Positions 1-10,072 of a DNA stretch of 56,215 nucleotides are shown piece after piece. Both the position numbers and the translations under genes were made by a program. This DNA is from an uncultured Planctomycetia bacterium (GTDB lineage: Bacteria > Omnitrophota > Gorgyraeia > CAYWPX01). The stretch's first letter is position 1; each line of letters starts with the position of its first letter. The notes beneath the pieces are model-generated. The model was not told where the DNA came from and searched no databases. It saw nothing but the letters and a program-made list of their open reading frames with translations. The stretch lies in contig CAYWPX010000011.1 of the NCBI GenBank assembly GCA_964460615.1, positions 1 through 56,215 of the forward strand. Direction: 5' to 3'.

Positions 1-2830
1 GAATTAACTGGGATGATCTAAAGATAATGACAGAGGCAGGCATCAACTGGGCCGACTTCGAGCCATTAACTAGTGCTGGTATCAATTGGTTAGACTTAGC
101 TTCAATGTCTGAGGCAGGAATTAATTGGGATGATATAAATACATTAACTACAAAGGGCATTAATTGGGATGATATAGAGACAATGTCCACTGCAAATATT
201 AATTGGTCTGATCTAAATACAATGACAGAGGCCGGCATCAACTGGGCTGATTGGTCGCGTTTGAGTAAATCTGGAATTAATTGGTTGAATTTGAACCAAA
301 TGAGCGTTGTTAACTGGGATGCATTGCAGGCTATGTTGGATGTCGGAGTTAATTGGGCTGATCTTAAGACTATGACAGATATGGGTATAAATTGGACTGA
401 TTTAAATGTTTTAAGCGAGGCGGGAATAAATTGGTCAGATATTAGTATTATGTCTACTTCAGGAGTTAATTGGGTTGATTGGGGTAATTTAAGTGATGCA
501 GGGGTTAATTGGGCAAACTTGAAGTCTTTCAGTGAAACCGGCGTTAACTGGGCTGGTTTACAAGCGATGCTTGACGTTGGTGTGAATTGGGATTCTTTGA
601 AAGTTATGACTGATTCTGGCGTCAATTGGTCTGATTTGGCAGTAATGTCTGATGCTGGTGTCAATTGGTCTGACTTGAGTCTTATGTCGACAGCCGGAGT
701 TAACTGGTCTGATTGGGGTAATTTAAGTGATGCAGGCGTTAATTGGGAAAATCTGAGGTCATTTAGCGAGACTGGCGTTAACTGGATTGGATTGCAGGAC
801 ATGCTTTCTTCCGGTGTGAATTGGAACAGTCTTAGGATTATGAGTGAGTCGAATGTTAATTGGTCTGATTTTGCAGTGATGAGCGAGGCTGGTGTGAATT
901 GGAGCGATCTTGAGATCTTATCTACTGCTGGGATTAATTGGCAGGATTGGAATAATCTTAGTGCGGCGGGAGTTAATTGGACTAACTTGAAAGCTTTTAG
1001 CGAAACCGGCGTAAACTGGTCAGAGCTACAAAACATGCTTGATGCCGGTGTTAATTGGGATGGCTTAAAGACTATGTCTGATACCGGTATTAATTGGAAT
1101 GATATTCGAGTTCTTTCGGCTACGGGCATTAACTGGAGTAGTTTACAGCAGATGTCTGATGTAGGGATCAATTGGAATGATATTAAGGCGATGTCTGATT
1201 CGGGGGTTAATTGGCTTGATTGGGGAGCGCTGAGTTCCGCAGGAGTTAATTGGGAAAACTTAAAGTCTTTCAGCGAAACCGGTGTTAACTGGTCAGGCCT
1301 TCAAGAGATGTTAGCTGCCGGGGTTAATTGGGACGATTTGAAGATCATGACAGAGGCAGGTGTCAACTGGGGTGATTTAACAACAATGTCAGAAGCCGGC
1401 ATCAACTGGGTTGATATTAAGTCTATGTCAATTGCCGGAGTGAATTGGTCAGATTGGGCATCTCTGAGTAGCGCTAGTGTAAATTGGGAAAACTTAAGAG
1501 CGTTTAGCCAAACCGGAGTTAATTGGGATGCTCTCCAGGTTATGCTTGGTACAGGTGTCAATTGGGACGATTTGAAGGTTTTGACAGAAGCAGGAATTAA
1601 TTGGGGTGATTTTGAATCGATGAGCAATAGTAATATCAATTGGGCAACATTGAATACTATAACTACTGCAGGTGTTAATTGGTTAGATCTGCAGGTTATT
1701 TCTGAGAGCGGGATCAATTGGAATGATATTAGAAGTATGTCAGAAGCGGGTGTCAATTGGCAGGATGTTTCAGTTTTGGGAAATGCCGGCATCAACTGGG
1801 ATGATTTCGAAAGGCTGACTAATTCGGGTATCAACTGGTCAGGACTTATGACAATTAGTGAAACCGGAGTTAATTGGGATGATTTGAAGTTGATGTCTGA
1901 TGCCGGCATCAACTGGGCGGATTGGGCAGAATTAAGTTCTGTGGGTGCAAATTGGGACAATTTAAAAATTATTAGTGATACAGGTCTAAATTGGAATGAT
2001 CTTAAAGTGATGTTGGGGCAAAACATTAATTGGGGCAATTTCCAGATTATGTCAGAAGCCGGGATTAATTGGTCTGACATCACTGCTTTGACAGAGGCAG
2101 GCATCAATTGGTCGAATTTTACAACTATGACAGAAGCGGGTATCAACTGGATAGATATGGGAAATATGTCAAATAAAGGCGTCAATTGGTTAGATATAGC
2201 TTATTTTAGTTCAATAGGTGTTAACTGGGATGATCTGAAAATAATGGCAGATTCTAATATCAATTGGATAGATATAGGTGATATGTCTGAGGCCAATATT
2301 AATTGGAATACAATAACCGTTATGAGCGAGGCAGGAGTGAATTGGGATGGTATGAAGGCCATTACAGAAGCAGGGGTTAATTGGGAAGATCTTTCAAGAC
2401 TTTCTTTAGCCGGTATTAACTGGTCTGATTTAGTTGACATGACTGACGCCGGTGTTAACTGGCACGATCTGGCAAATCTATCTGCGTCAGGTATTAATTG
2501 GGCTGATATTAACCAGTTATCCAGTGCAGGAGTAAATTGGCAGGATATGAAGGTGTTGAGCGAAGCAGGCATCAACTGGGCGGATATGAAGACGTTAACA
2601 ACAATCGGAGTTAACTGGAGCGACCTTGGCTCTATGACTAAGGCTGGTATTAATTGGAATGACATGCAGGCAATGACAGAGGCCGGAGTAAATTGGCAGG
2701 ATTTGGGATACATGGCCGGTGCAGGCATTAATTGGACCAATGTACGCGGCCAAACAATTGCAGGCATAAATTGGACTGATTTGGCTTCAATGACAGCATC
2801 CAGTATTAACTGGGAAGGGATTAATACGCT
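1..2830 (+). repeat. Coding tandem repeat: 39-nt unit (13 aa) with a 234-nt (6-unit) higher-order repeat between about 462 and 1670
   Basis: Higher-order copies start at 462, 696, 930 (this one has 7 units, 273 nt), 1203 and 1437. Each begins GVNWxDWGxLSxAGVNWxNL[KR]xFSETGVNWxxLQxML. The nt strings at 462 and 696 align at an offset of exactly 234. Confidence 0.9.
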
Positions 2831-3545
2831 TAGTAAGAATGTAGATGGCATTATAGCCGATATTGATACGATAAGGACATTGGTTGAGGGTTTGGATGTT
2901 GATGCTTTGAATGTTTCTGTAAATAATATTCAGTCATTAGTAAATGATTTACAGGGTATAGATGTAACTCAACTACAGACTTCTTTAAGTGAAATAGTAG
3001 CTCTTATGGGTTCAGAGTCAGACTCGGTTTCGGGAACCACACTCTTCTCTAAGCTTAATAGTATAGAAGGATATGCAACCTTGATCGGCTCTACCTCTGA
3101 TACAGGCTCGCAGGAAACTGTTTTTGGCAAACTAGCTTCCTCAAAGAATTACGCTTCTAACGCAGCAGACGGCATAGAGGCTTTAAGGAATGATATCGGT
3201 AAAAAAGATATTAATGAATCCAGCTTATGGGAAAGAATAAATAGGATAAATGAAAATTTAGACGCGGTTAAAAATACTGCCAATTCAGTCTTAATGACGA
3301 AATCAGACGCCGAAACCTTGACAAAAAATATTATAGATTCTATGGTAAATGCTACCAATAAGGCCGCCGAGTCTATAGGGTTAAAAATGGAAGAAATAAA
3401 AGGATTAAATAAAGATCAGGTATCAAATATTACCTTAGTTAAAAATAAGATCAAAGAGGTAAAGGAAACGCTGGATGTTATATATAAGGCAAAAACTCAA
3501 GGCGGGGAAGGGGTAATGATAAAGACATGGTTCGAAACCCAGTAA
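3..3545 (+). CDS. Giant repeat protein (probable surface fibre or adhesin), 5' end cut by the window edge. Roughly 70 tandem 13-aa G-[IV]-N-W repeats, then a ~240-aa non-repeat, helix-prone tail.
   Basis: ORF track 27..3545. The same frame stays open back to nt 3 (I-N-W-D-D-L-K-I precedes the Met at 27), so that Met is internal. Repeat unit is G[IV]NWxD[LIW]xx[ML][ST][ED][AST]. Repeats end near nt 2830 (..SINWEGINTLSKN..). Confidence 0.85.
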   Translation: MNWDDLKIMTEAGINWADFEPLTSAGINWLDLASMSEAGINWDDINTLTTKGINWDDIETMSTANINWSDLNTMTEAGINWADWSRLSKSGINWLNLNQMSVVNWDALQAMLDVGVNWADLKTMTDMGINWTDLNVLSEAGINWSDISIMSTSGVNWVDWGNLSDAGVNWANLKSFSETGVNWAGLQAMLDVGVNWDSLKVMTDSGVNWSDLAVMSDAGVNWSDLSLMSTAGVNWSDWGNLSDAGVNWENLRSFSETGVNWIGLQDMLSSGVNWNSLRIMSESNVNWSDFAVMSEAGVNWSDLEILSTAGINWQDWNNLSAAGVNWTNLKAFSETGVNWSELQNMLDAGVNWDGLKTMSDTGINWNDIRVLSATGINWSSLQQMSDVGINWNDIKAMSDSGVNWLDWGALSSAGVNWENLKSFSETGVNWSGLQEMLAAGVNWDDLKIMTEAGVNWGDLTTMSEAGINWVDIKSMSIAGVNWSDWASLSSASVNWENLRAFSQTGVNWDALQVMLGTGVNWDDLKVLTEAGINWGDFESMSNSNINWATLNTITTAGVNWLDLQVISESGINWNDIRSMSEAGVNWQDVSVLGNAGINWDDFERLTNSGINWSGLMTISETGVNWDDLKLMSDAGINWADWAELSSVGANWDNLKIISDTGLNWNDLKVMLGQNINWGNFQIMSEAGINWSDITALTEAGINWSNFTTMTEAGINWIDMGNMSNKGVNWLDIAYFSSIGVNWDDLKIMADSNINWIDIGDMSEANINWNTITVMSEAGVNWDGMKAITEAGVNWEDLSRLSLAGINWSDLVDMTDAGVNWHDLANLSASGINWADINQLSSAGVNWQDMKVLSEAGINWADMKTLTTIGVNWSDLGSMTKAGINWNDMQAMTEAGVNWQDLGYMAGAGINWTNVRGQTIAGINWTDLASMTASSINWEGINTLSKNVDGIIADIDTIRTLVEGLDVDALNVSVNNIQSLVNDLQGIDVTQLQTSLSEIVALMGSESDSVSGTTLFSKLNSIEGYATLIGSTSDTGSQETVFGKLASSKNYASNAADGIEALRNDIGKKDINESSLWERINRINENLDAVKNTANSVLMTKSDAETLTKNIIDSMVNATNKAAESIGLKMEEIKGLNKDQVSNITLVKNKIKEVKETLDVIYKAKTQGGEGVMIKTWFETQ

Positions 3546-4882
3546 TGAATAAGATTATCCAATCGGTTATTTTATTGAATGTACTGATATGTTCGGCATT
3601 CTTTTTTTGTACTCATTCATTTGCCGATGTTGTTGCAAAAATCCTTGTTACCAATACTTCTGAGACTGAACAAGAGGTCCCTGTAAAATACCCGCTTCCT
3701 GCAGGCTTGCAGAAACAGGATATTATTGATTCAGGCGGGCTGAAAAGCGAATATGATGTTAAGACTGGAAATTTTTCTATTATTGGAAATGTAAAATTGG
3801 GTCCCAAGGAAAGCAAAACCATAAGAGTAGTTATTAGGGATGTTTGGAAAATCCCTGATTCAGAAATAAACGATCTAATTGTAATTTTAGAGGACAAAGT
3901 AAAATCCGTTAAAGATGAAAGTAAAAAAATGAGAGTTCAGCTTATAGCGGAAGGCATAAGAAATAAGCTTGTTGCGATACAAAGTAAACAGTCTGAATTT
4001 GCTGATGATGCGGAAAAGAGAATGCAGATATATTCCATAAACAGAAGCAAGCTAAAGGAAATCAAAGACCAGATTTTTTCTCTGGATAACATAGCCGAGT
4101 ATGAAACTGAAGATGTTGAAAGCAAGGATACCCTGAGTCTTGTCATAGAGGCTGAAAATACTTTGGATCAAAAAATGGAAGTCCCTATCAAGTATTATCT
4201 CCCTCAAGAGATTATCCCGGATTATATTGTTGAAAAAGCTGACTTTGATCTGAAATTCGACCCTTCGAAGAACCAGTTTTTTCTTGAGAAAAATGAAAGC
4301 TTTGAACCAAATGAAAAAAAGAAATTCAATATTGTTATAAAAAATATCTGGATTATATCCGAAGAACTTATTAATAATTATCTCAAAGAGGCAGGGGATT
4401 TAAATGAAAAGCTGCAAAAAGGCGCCTATGCTCAGATCGCTTCTTCAATATTCAACGAGATAAAAAGAAATGCCGCGCAAATAGTTGATTCACAAAGAAA
4501 ATCTGAATCAATAATGGAGTATATCTCTAATTTTAAAGGCAATCAGATATGCCTTGAGAACATTAAAGATGATCTGGATAAGCTTAGAAACCTTACTAAA
4601 GAGCAGAAGAAGGAAGAGGAGCTGGCAAAAAATAAAATTAAAAACGTTCTCAGAGATATAAACGTCCTTGAAAAACTTAAAAGATTCTCAGATACCCTGC
4701 TTAAAGGAAAGCTTTCTTCAATAGGAGTATGGAAAATAATACTATTTATTATAAGTTTTGTTATAATACTTACAACGTTTTTCTACACAGTGTGGTTCAT
4801 TAATCTAAAAAAAGAAGAAAAACGACAGATTAAAAAAGTTGATACTGAAGTAAAAAAACCGGAAACTGATAATAAAGAGTAA
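3545..4882 (+). CDS. Secreted, C-terminally membrane-anchored protein with two copies of a beta-rich module, each followed by a coiled-coil segment
   Basis: The ATG at 3545 overlaps the upstream TAA (TAATG). It yields MNKIIQSVILLNVLICSAFFFCTHSFA, a signal-peptide-like N-terminus. The track start at 3527 adds 6 aa. C-terminal TM: IGVWKIILFIISFVIILTTFFYTVWFI. Module 1 ..VTNTSETEQEVPVKYPLP..IRVVIRDVWKI.. parallels module 2 ..EAENTLDQKMEVPIKYYLP..FNIVIKNIWII.. Confidence 0.7.
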   Translation: MNKIIQSVILLNVLICSAFFFCTHSFADVVAKILVTNTSETEQEVPVKYPLPAGLQKQDIIDSGGLKSEYDVKTGNFSIIGNVKLGPKESKTIRVVIRDVWKIPDSEINDLIVILEDKVKSVKDESKKMRVQLIAEGIRNKLVAIQSKQSEFADDAEKRMQIYSINRSKLKEIKDQIFSLDNIAEYETEDVESKDTLSLVIEAENTLDQKMEVPIKYYLPQEIIPDYIVEKADFDLKFDPSKNQFFLEKNESFEPNEKKKFNIVIKNIWIISEELINNYLKEAGDLNEKLQKGAYAQIASSIFNEIKRNAAQIVDSQRKSESIMEYISNFKGNQICLENIKDDLDKLRNLTKEQKKEEELAKNKIKNVLRDINVLEKLKRFSDTLLKGKLSSIGVWKIILFIISFVIILTTFFYTVWFINLKKEEKRQIKKVDTEVKKPETDNKE

Positions 4883-4888
4883 TTTCTG

Positions 4889-4897
4889 TGATATAAT
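4889..4897 (+). promoter_or_regulatory. Candidate extended -10 element (TGATATAAT) 25 nt upstream of atpA
   Basis: TGnTATAAT match in the 39-nt gap before 4922. AT-rich DNA produces many chance matches. Confidence 0.3.
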
Positions 4898-4921
4898 ACC
4901 GATAATTGTTTTGGAGAATAA

Positions 4922-6448
4922 ATGTCTAATTTACAGTATAAAGAATATGGAGTTGTTAGAAAAATCAGAGGTTGTATTGTTACTGTTACAGGCCTCGAAA
5001 ATTGTATCAATGGCCAGCTTGTCAGGTTCGGCTTTGGTACGGAAGGTACGATAATTGGTTTTGATGAGGAAGAAACTCATGTACTTTTGGTAAAGGAAAA
5101 AGAATCTATTAAGACCGGCGATGCTGCCATAATGACCTTAGAGCCTTTTAATACCCCGGTAGGGAAAAATTTTGTAGGGAGGGTTGTAAATGTATTAGGC
5201 GAGCCAATGGATAACTTAGGTCCTTTGGCCCCTGATGCCTATTTTCCGATATTTGCGGATTCCCCGTCAGTTATGCAAAGAGAGGTAGTAAAAACTACTC
5301 TTGAGACGGGTATTAAACTGATAGATACTATGATACCTATTGGCAGAGGTCAAAGACAGTTGATACTTGGCGATAAAATGACAGGCAAAACTACCATAGG
5401 TACCGATATTATCTTAAATCAAAAAGGTAAGGATGTAATTTGTATATACTGTTGTATAGGAAAAGGCAAAGCGGCTCTAGATAGGGTTGTTAACCTGTTT
5501 AAGAGTAAAGATGCATTCCAGTATACTATTGTTGTTGCGGCAATGGCAGGCATTTCTCCCGGACAGCAGTATCTTGCACCGTACATTTCTTGCTCGCTCG
5601 GAGAGTACTTTATGAAAAAGGGCGGGCATGTATGCGTTATTTTTGATGATTTTACTAAACATGCGTGGGCTTATAGGGAAATATCACTTCTTTTGGGCAG
5701 GCCTCCCGGTAGGGAATCCTATCCCGGTGATATATTCTATCTCCATTCGCGTATGATAGAAAGAGCTGCTAAGCTTTCCAAAGAACTTGGCTTAGGGTCA
5801 ATGACTTTTTTCCCTATAGTCGAGCTTTTGGAAGGAGACCTTACGGGATACGTCTCTACAAATCTTGTTTCCATGACAGATGGACAGATATATCTCAGCA
5901 CTCCGCTTTTCAGTGAAGGTTTCCGTCCTGCGGTTGACAGCGGATTATCTGTATCTCGTATCGGTAATAAAGTCCAGTGGCCGGCAATGAAGAAGGTCAG
6001 CAAGTCCCTTAGGTTAGAGTATCTTCAATACAGGGATATATTAAAGACCTCAAGGTTAAAAGCCGGAGGCAAGAGCGAGGAGTCAATGGAACAGATGAAG
6101 GGCGGAGAAGTGTTGTCAGAGCTCCTTAAGCAGGATAAGGATAGCCCCTTAGATATGGAAGAAGAGATAGTGCTTTTTTATGGGTTAAGTAAAAAATATT
6201 TTCAAAGTCTAAATAGCAGTCAACTCAAAAAACTCCAAAAAGAGATTTATAAATACGCTAAAACAAATTGTCCCGATGCTATGAAAAAGCTTACTGAGAC
6301 CAAAGACCTTACACCTGATATAGAAGCGGAATTTGACAGAATTTATCAGGATTTTCTAAAGATATTGGAAGCCGAAGCATCAAGCGAAGAAAAAGAAGAG
6401 ATGGAAAAGGAAAGGAAAGTTAAGGCCGAAGCCCAGACTGTGGCCTAA
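4922..6448 (+). CDS. atpA: F-type ATPase alpha subunit (divergent)
   Basis: GRGQRQLILGDKMTGKTT matches the alpha P-loop region (canonical GDRQTGKT). 508 aa. GGAGAA RBS upstream. Confidence 0.9.
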   Translation: MSNLQYKEYGVVRKIRGCIVTVTGLENCINGQLVRFGFGTEGTIIGFDEEETHVLLVKEKESIKTGDAAIMTLEPFNTPVGKNFVGRVVNVLGEPMDNLGPLAPDAYFPIFADSPSVMQREVVKTTLETGIKLIDTMIPIGRGQRQLILGDKMTGKTTIGTDIILNQKGKDVICIYCCIGKGKAALDRVVNLFKSKDAFQYTIVVAAMAGISPGQQYLAPYISCSLGEYFMKKGGHVCVIFDDFTKHAWAYREISLLLGRPPGRESYPGDIFYLHSRMIERAAKLSKELGLGSMTFFPIVELLEGDLTGYVSTNLVSMTDGQIYLSTPLFSEGFRPAVDSGLSVSRIGNKVQWPAMKKVSKSLRLEYLQYRDILKTSRLKAGGKSEESMEQMKGGEVLSELLKQDKDSPLDMEEEIVLFYGLSKKYFQSLNSSQLKKLQKEIYKYAKTNCPDAMKKLTETKDLTPDIEAEFDRIYQDFLKILEAEASSEEKEEMEKERKVKAEAQTVA

Positions 6449-6452
6449 AATT

Positions 6453-6704
6453 ATGAGCGTACTAGGAAAATTCAAACTAAAAGTCATTAACCCTGACAGA
6501 ATGCTTTTTCAGGGAGATGTAACAACTGTTTTTTTGCAGGGGGATACTTGTGAGTTTGAGTTATTGGCTTATCATTATCCGGTCCTAAGCTTATTAAGGC
6601 AAGGCCAGGTTGTTATTGACTGGTCCCAATATATCCCGATAAGAAAAGGCTTAGTAAAATTTTTTAAAAATGATTGCACAATATTGGTGGAGTTAGACGA
6701 ATAA
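6453..6704 (+). CDS. atpC: F-type ATPase epsilon subunit, short form (N-terminal beta-sandwich only)
   Basis: KLKVINPDRMLFQGDVTTVFLQGDTCEFELLAYHYPVLSLL resembles the epsilon N-terminal domain. Only 83 aa, so there is no room for the C-terminal helical hairpin. Confidence 0.65.
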   Translation: MSVLGKFKLKVINPDRMLFQGDVTTVFLQGDTCEFELLAYHYPVLSLLRQGQVVIDWSQYIPIRKGLVKFFKNDCTILVELDE

Positions 6705-6707
6705 CAT

Positions 6708-6920
6708 ATGAATACATTAATCATATTATTTATCATGTTTATTGTTGTCGGCGGGCCGTCTGCGGTAATCGGTTTTTTAGGTTACGCGACTATTAAAGCC
6801 CTGGGGAGGAATCCGTCAGCCGCTTCAAAAATATTTATGGGGACGGTTTTGCTACTAGTTTTTGTCGAAGCAATATCTATTATTGCGCTTCTAGTTATAT
6901 TCCAGCTTTTTGGTACATAA
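6708..6920 (+). CDS. atpE: F-type ATPase c subunit (rotor ring proteolipid)
   Basis: 70 aa, two TM helices joined by the polar loop GRNPSAAS. Carboxylate in helix 2 (LVFVEAISII). Confidence 0.8.
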   Translation: MNTLIILFIMFIVVGGPSAVIGFLGYATIKALGRNPSAASKIFMGTVLLLVFVEAISIIALLVIFQLFGT

Positions 6921-6943
6921 AATTTTAATAGAAAGGCTATATT

Positions 6944-7681
6944 ATGTTTTTATTACAATTGATAATAGTCATGACGATAATGTTTGGTGTTGTTATTTTT
7001 ATATTAAAGAAAATGATGTATGGGGATACGCAAAGTGCAGTCAACCGCCTTAATGAATCTTATCAGGAGATTGAGAAAAAGAAACAAGAGATGGCTACTC
7101 TTATGCAAAAGATGGAGGAAGAATATAAGATAAAGAAGGAGGAGGGCGAGAAAATTGCTCTGCAGCTAAAAGACGCCGCTGAAGCGGAGATGCGCGAAAA
7201 ATATGATTCTTCAATTAAAAAAGCCAAAGATGAAGCCGAGAGGATTATCACTGACGCTGCCGGGATGAAGGACAGGATCCGAGAAGAAATTAGAAAAGAG
7301 GAGGACCTCAAGGAAATTTCTTATTGTGAAGAGCTTATTTCAGATACTCTAAAAAAGATCATTAGGGATAAATTTGATGATATTCTTATAGAAGATTTTG
7401 TCAATGACCTTAAAGATATCGATATGAGCCATGTGCCGCCTGCTATTAACGAAATAGAGATAGTCACCCGGGCTAAGTTGGCTGATGGTATTAAAAATAA
7501 GATTGTTGAATCAGTAAACAAAAAGACCCAGAAAAAAATAACTTTTAAAGAGACCATAGATCAAAAAATTATCGGCGGCGTAATTATTAAATTCGGAAGC
7601 CTTGTTTTAGACGGTAGCATTGCCGGAAAACTCAAAGAAAATACCATAGTAAAGAAGAAAAAGATAGACGAAAAAACCTAA
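6944..7681 (+). CDS. atpFH: F-type ATPase b subunit fused to a delta/OSCP-like C-terminal domain
   Basis: Single N-terminal TM (LLQLIIVMTIMFGVVIFIL), then a long charged coiled coil as in subunit b. The C-terminus ..IIGGVIIKFGSLVLDGSIAGKLKEN matches the delta C-terminal signature (GG..i..G....DgS....L). Confidence 0.7.
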   Translation: MFLLQLIIVMTIMFGVVIFILKKMMYGDTQSAVNRLNESYQEIEKKKQEMATLMQKMEEEYKIKKEEGEKIALQLKDAAEAEMREKYDSSIKKAKDEAERIITDAAGMKDRIREEIRKEEDLKEISYCEELISDTLKKIIRDKFDDILIEDFVNDLKDIDMSHVPPAINEIEIVTRAKLADGIKNKIVESVNKKTQKKITFKETIDQKIIGGVIIKFGSLVLDGSIAGKLKENTIVKKKKIDEKT

Positions 7682-7687
7682 AAGTTT

Positions 7688-8545
7688 ATGAGTAAAACTG
7701 CAAAAATCAAGTCAGATCTTGACGATATAACTAGTCTCGTTGAAATTATTCAGATCCTTAAAGACGTGGCCTCAAACCATTTTTATAATACTGCAAAAAG
7801 AAAAGAAAGGTTTGAGGAATTTGCTGAGGTTTTTACCGATTTTTTTAGGATGGTAAGTTTAGCAGAGGCAACAAGCCCGCTTGTTCATAGCCAGGTAGAT
7901 AAGGTAGCAATACTTGCTCTTACATCCGAAGGCGGGTTTATGGCTGAAATGACTGCAAAGGTTGTAAGGACCGCAGTGGCAGAGGCAGAGAAGTTTGATA
8001 CACACGAGTTTATTGTCATAGGTCAAAAGGGCGTCGAGAAGATGAGGACCATGACAACAAAAAAATTTACCAGTTTTGTAGGGATAGAAGATAAGGGGCT
8101 ATTTAAAACTGCCCTCGAGGTTAAAGATTATATTATACAACAGGTAGTCGAAGGGAACTATGGAAAGGTTTACGGAGTATATCCTAGGGCTAAGACAATA
8201 AATTTAATAAAGCCTTTTTCAGTTAAATTGCTTCCATCGGAAGAACTTATTACCAGACAAATTGAGATAAAAGATACGATTGAAAAGGTTATTGTTGAGT
8301 CAGATCTTAATAAAATTATACATTACCTTGCGGATATCTGGCTTACCTGCCGTCTTTATGAAATGCTTGAAGACTGTGTTGTGGCAGGTTTTGCTGCCCA
8401 AGCACAGCAATTAGAAGCAAGTTTGGAAAGGCTTAAAAAAGATAAGAAAGGGATTGCGCTTAATTTTGCTAAAGCAAAAAAAGGCGATATTGACAAAAGC
8501 TTAAGAGAGGTTTTTACAGCCTCGCTTATTACTGGAAGAAGGTAA
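7688..8545 (+). CDS. atpG: F-type ATPase gamma subunit (divergent)
   Basis: 285 aa. Position between b/delta and beta. N- and C-terminal helices typical of gamma (SDLDDITSLVEIIQILKDVAS..; ..LERLKKDKKGIALNFAKAKKGDIDKSLREVFTASL). Confidence 0.7.
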   Translation: MSKTAKIKSDLDDITSLVEIIQILKDVASNHFYNTAKRKERFEEFAEVFTDFFRMVSLAEATSPLVHSQVDKVAILALTSEGGFMAEMTAKVVRTAVAEAEKFDTHEFIVIGQKGVEKMRTMTTKKFTSFVGIEDKGLFKTALEVKDYIIQQVVEGNYGKVYGVYPRAKTINLIKPFSVKLLPSEELITRQIEIKDTIEKVIVESDLNKIIHYLADIWLTCRLYEMLEDCVVAGFAAQAQQLEASLERLKKDKKGIALNFAKAKKGDIDKSLREVFTASLITGRR

Positions 8546-8548
8546 TAA

Positions 8549-10069
<1,521 letters not shown>

Positions 10070-10072
10070 TAA

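Noticed and set aside
1301-2851. Long antisense ORFs (1301..2185 and 2201..2851, - strand) inside the repeat gene
   Set aside because: They are a by-product of a stop-free low-complexity repeat. Their translation is a monotonous Q-L-[TI]-P-A pattern that mirrors the sense repeat. The sense frame has the coherent 13-aa unit and continues into a non-repeat tail.
3545-4882. Considered whether this membrane protein could be the missing ATPase a subunit
   Set aside because: It has a signal peptide, a large soluble beta/coiled-coil body and a single C-terminal TM. An a subunit is polytopic with a conserved Arg-containing helix.
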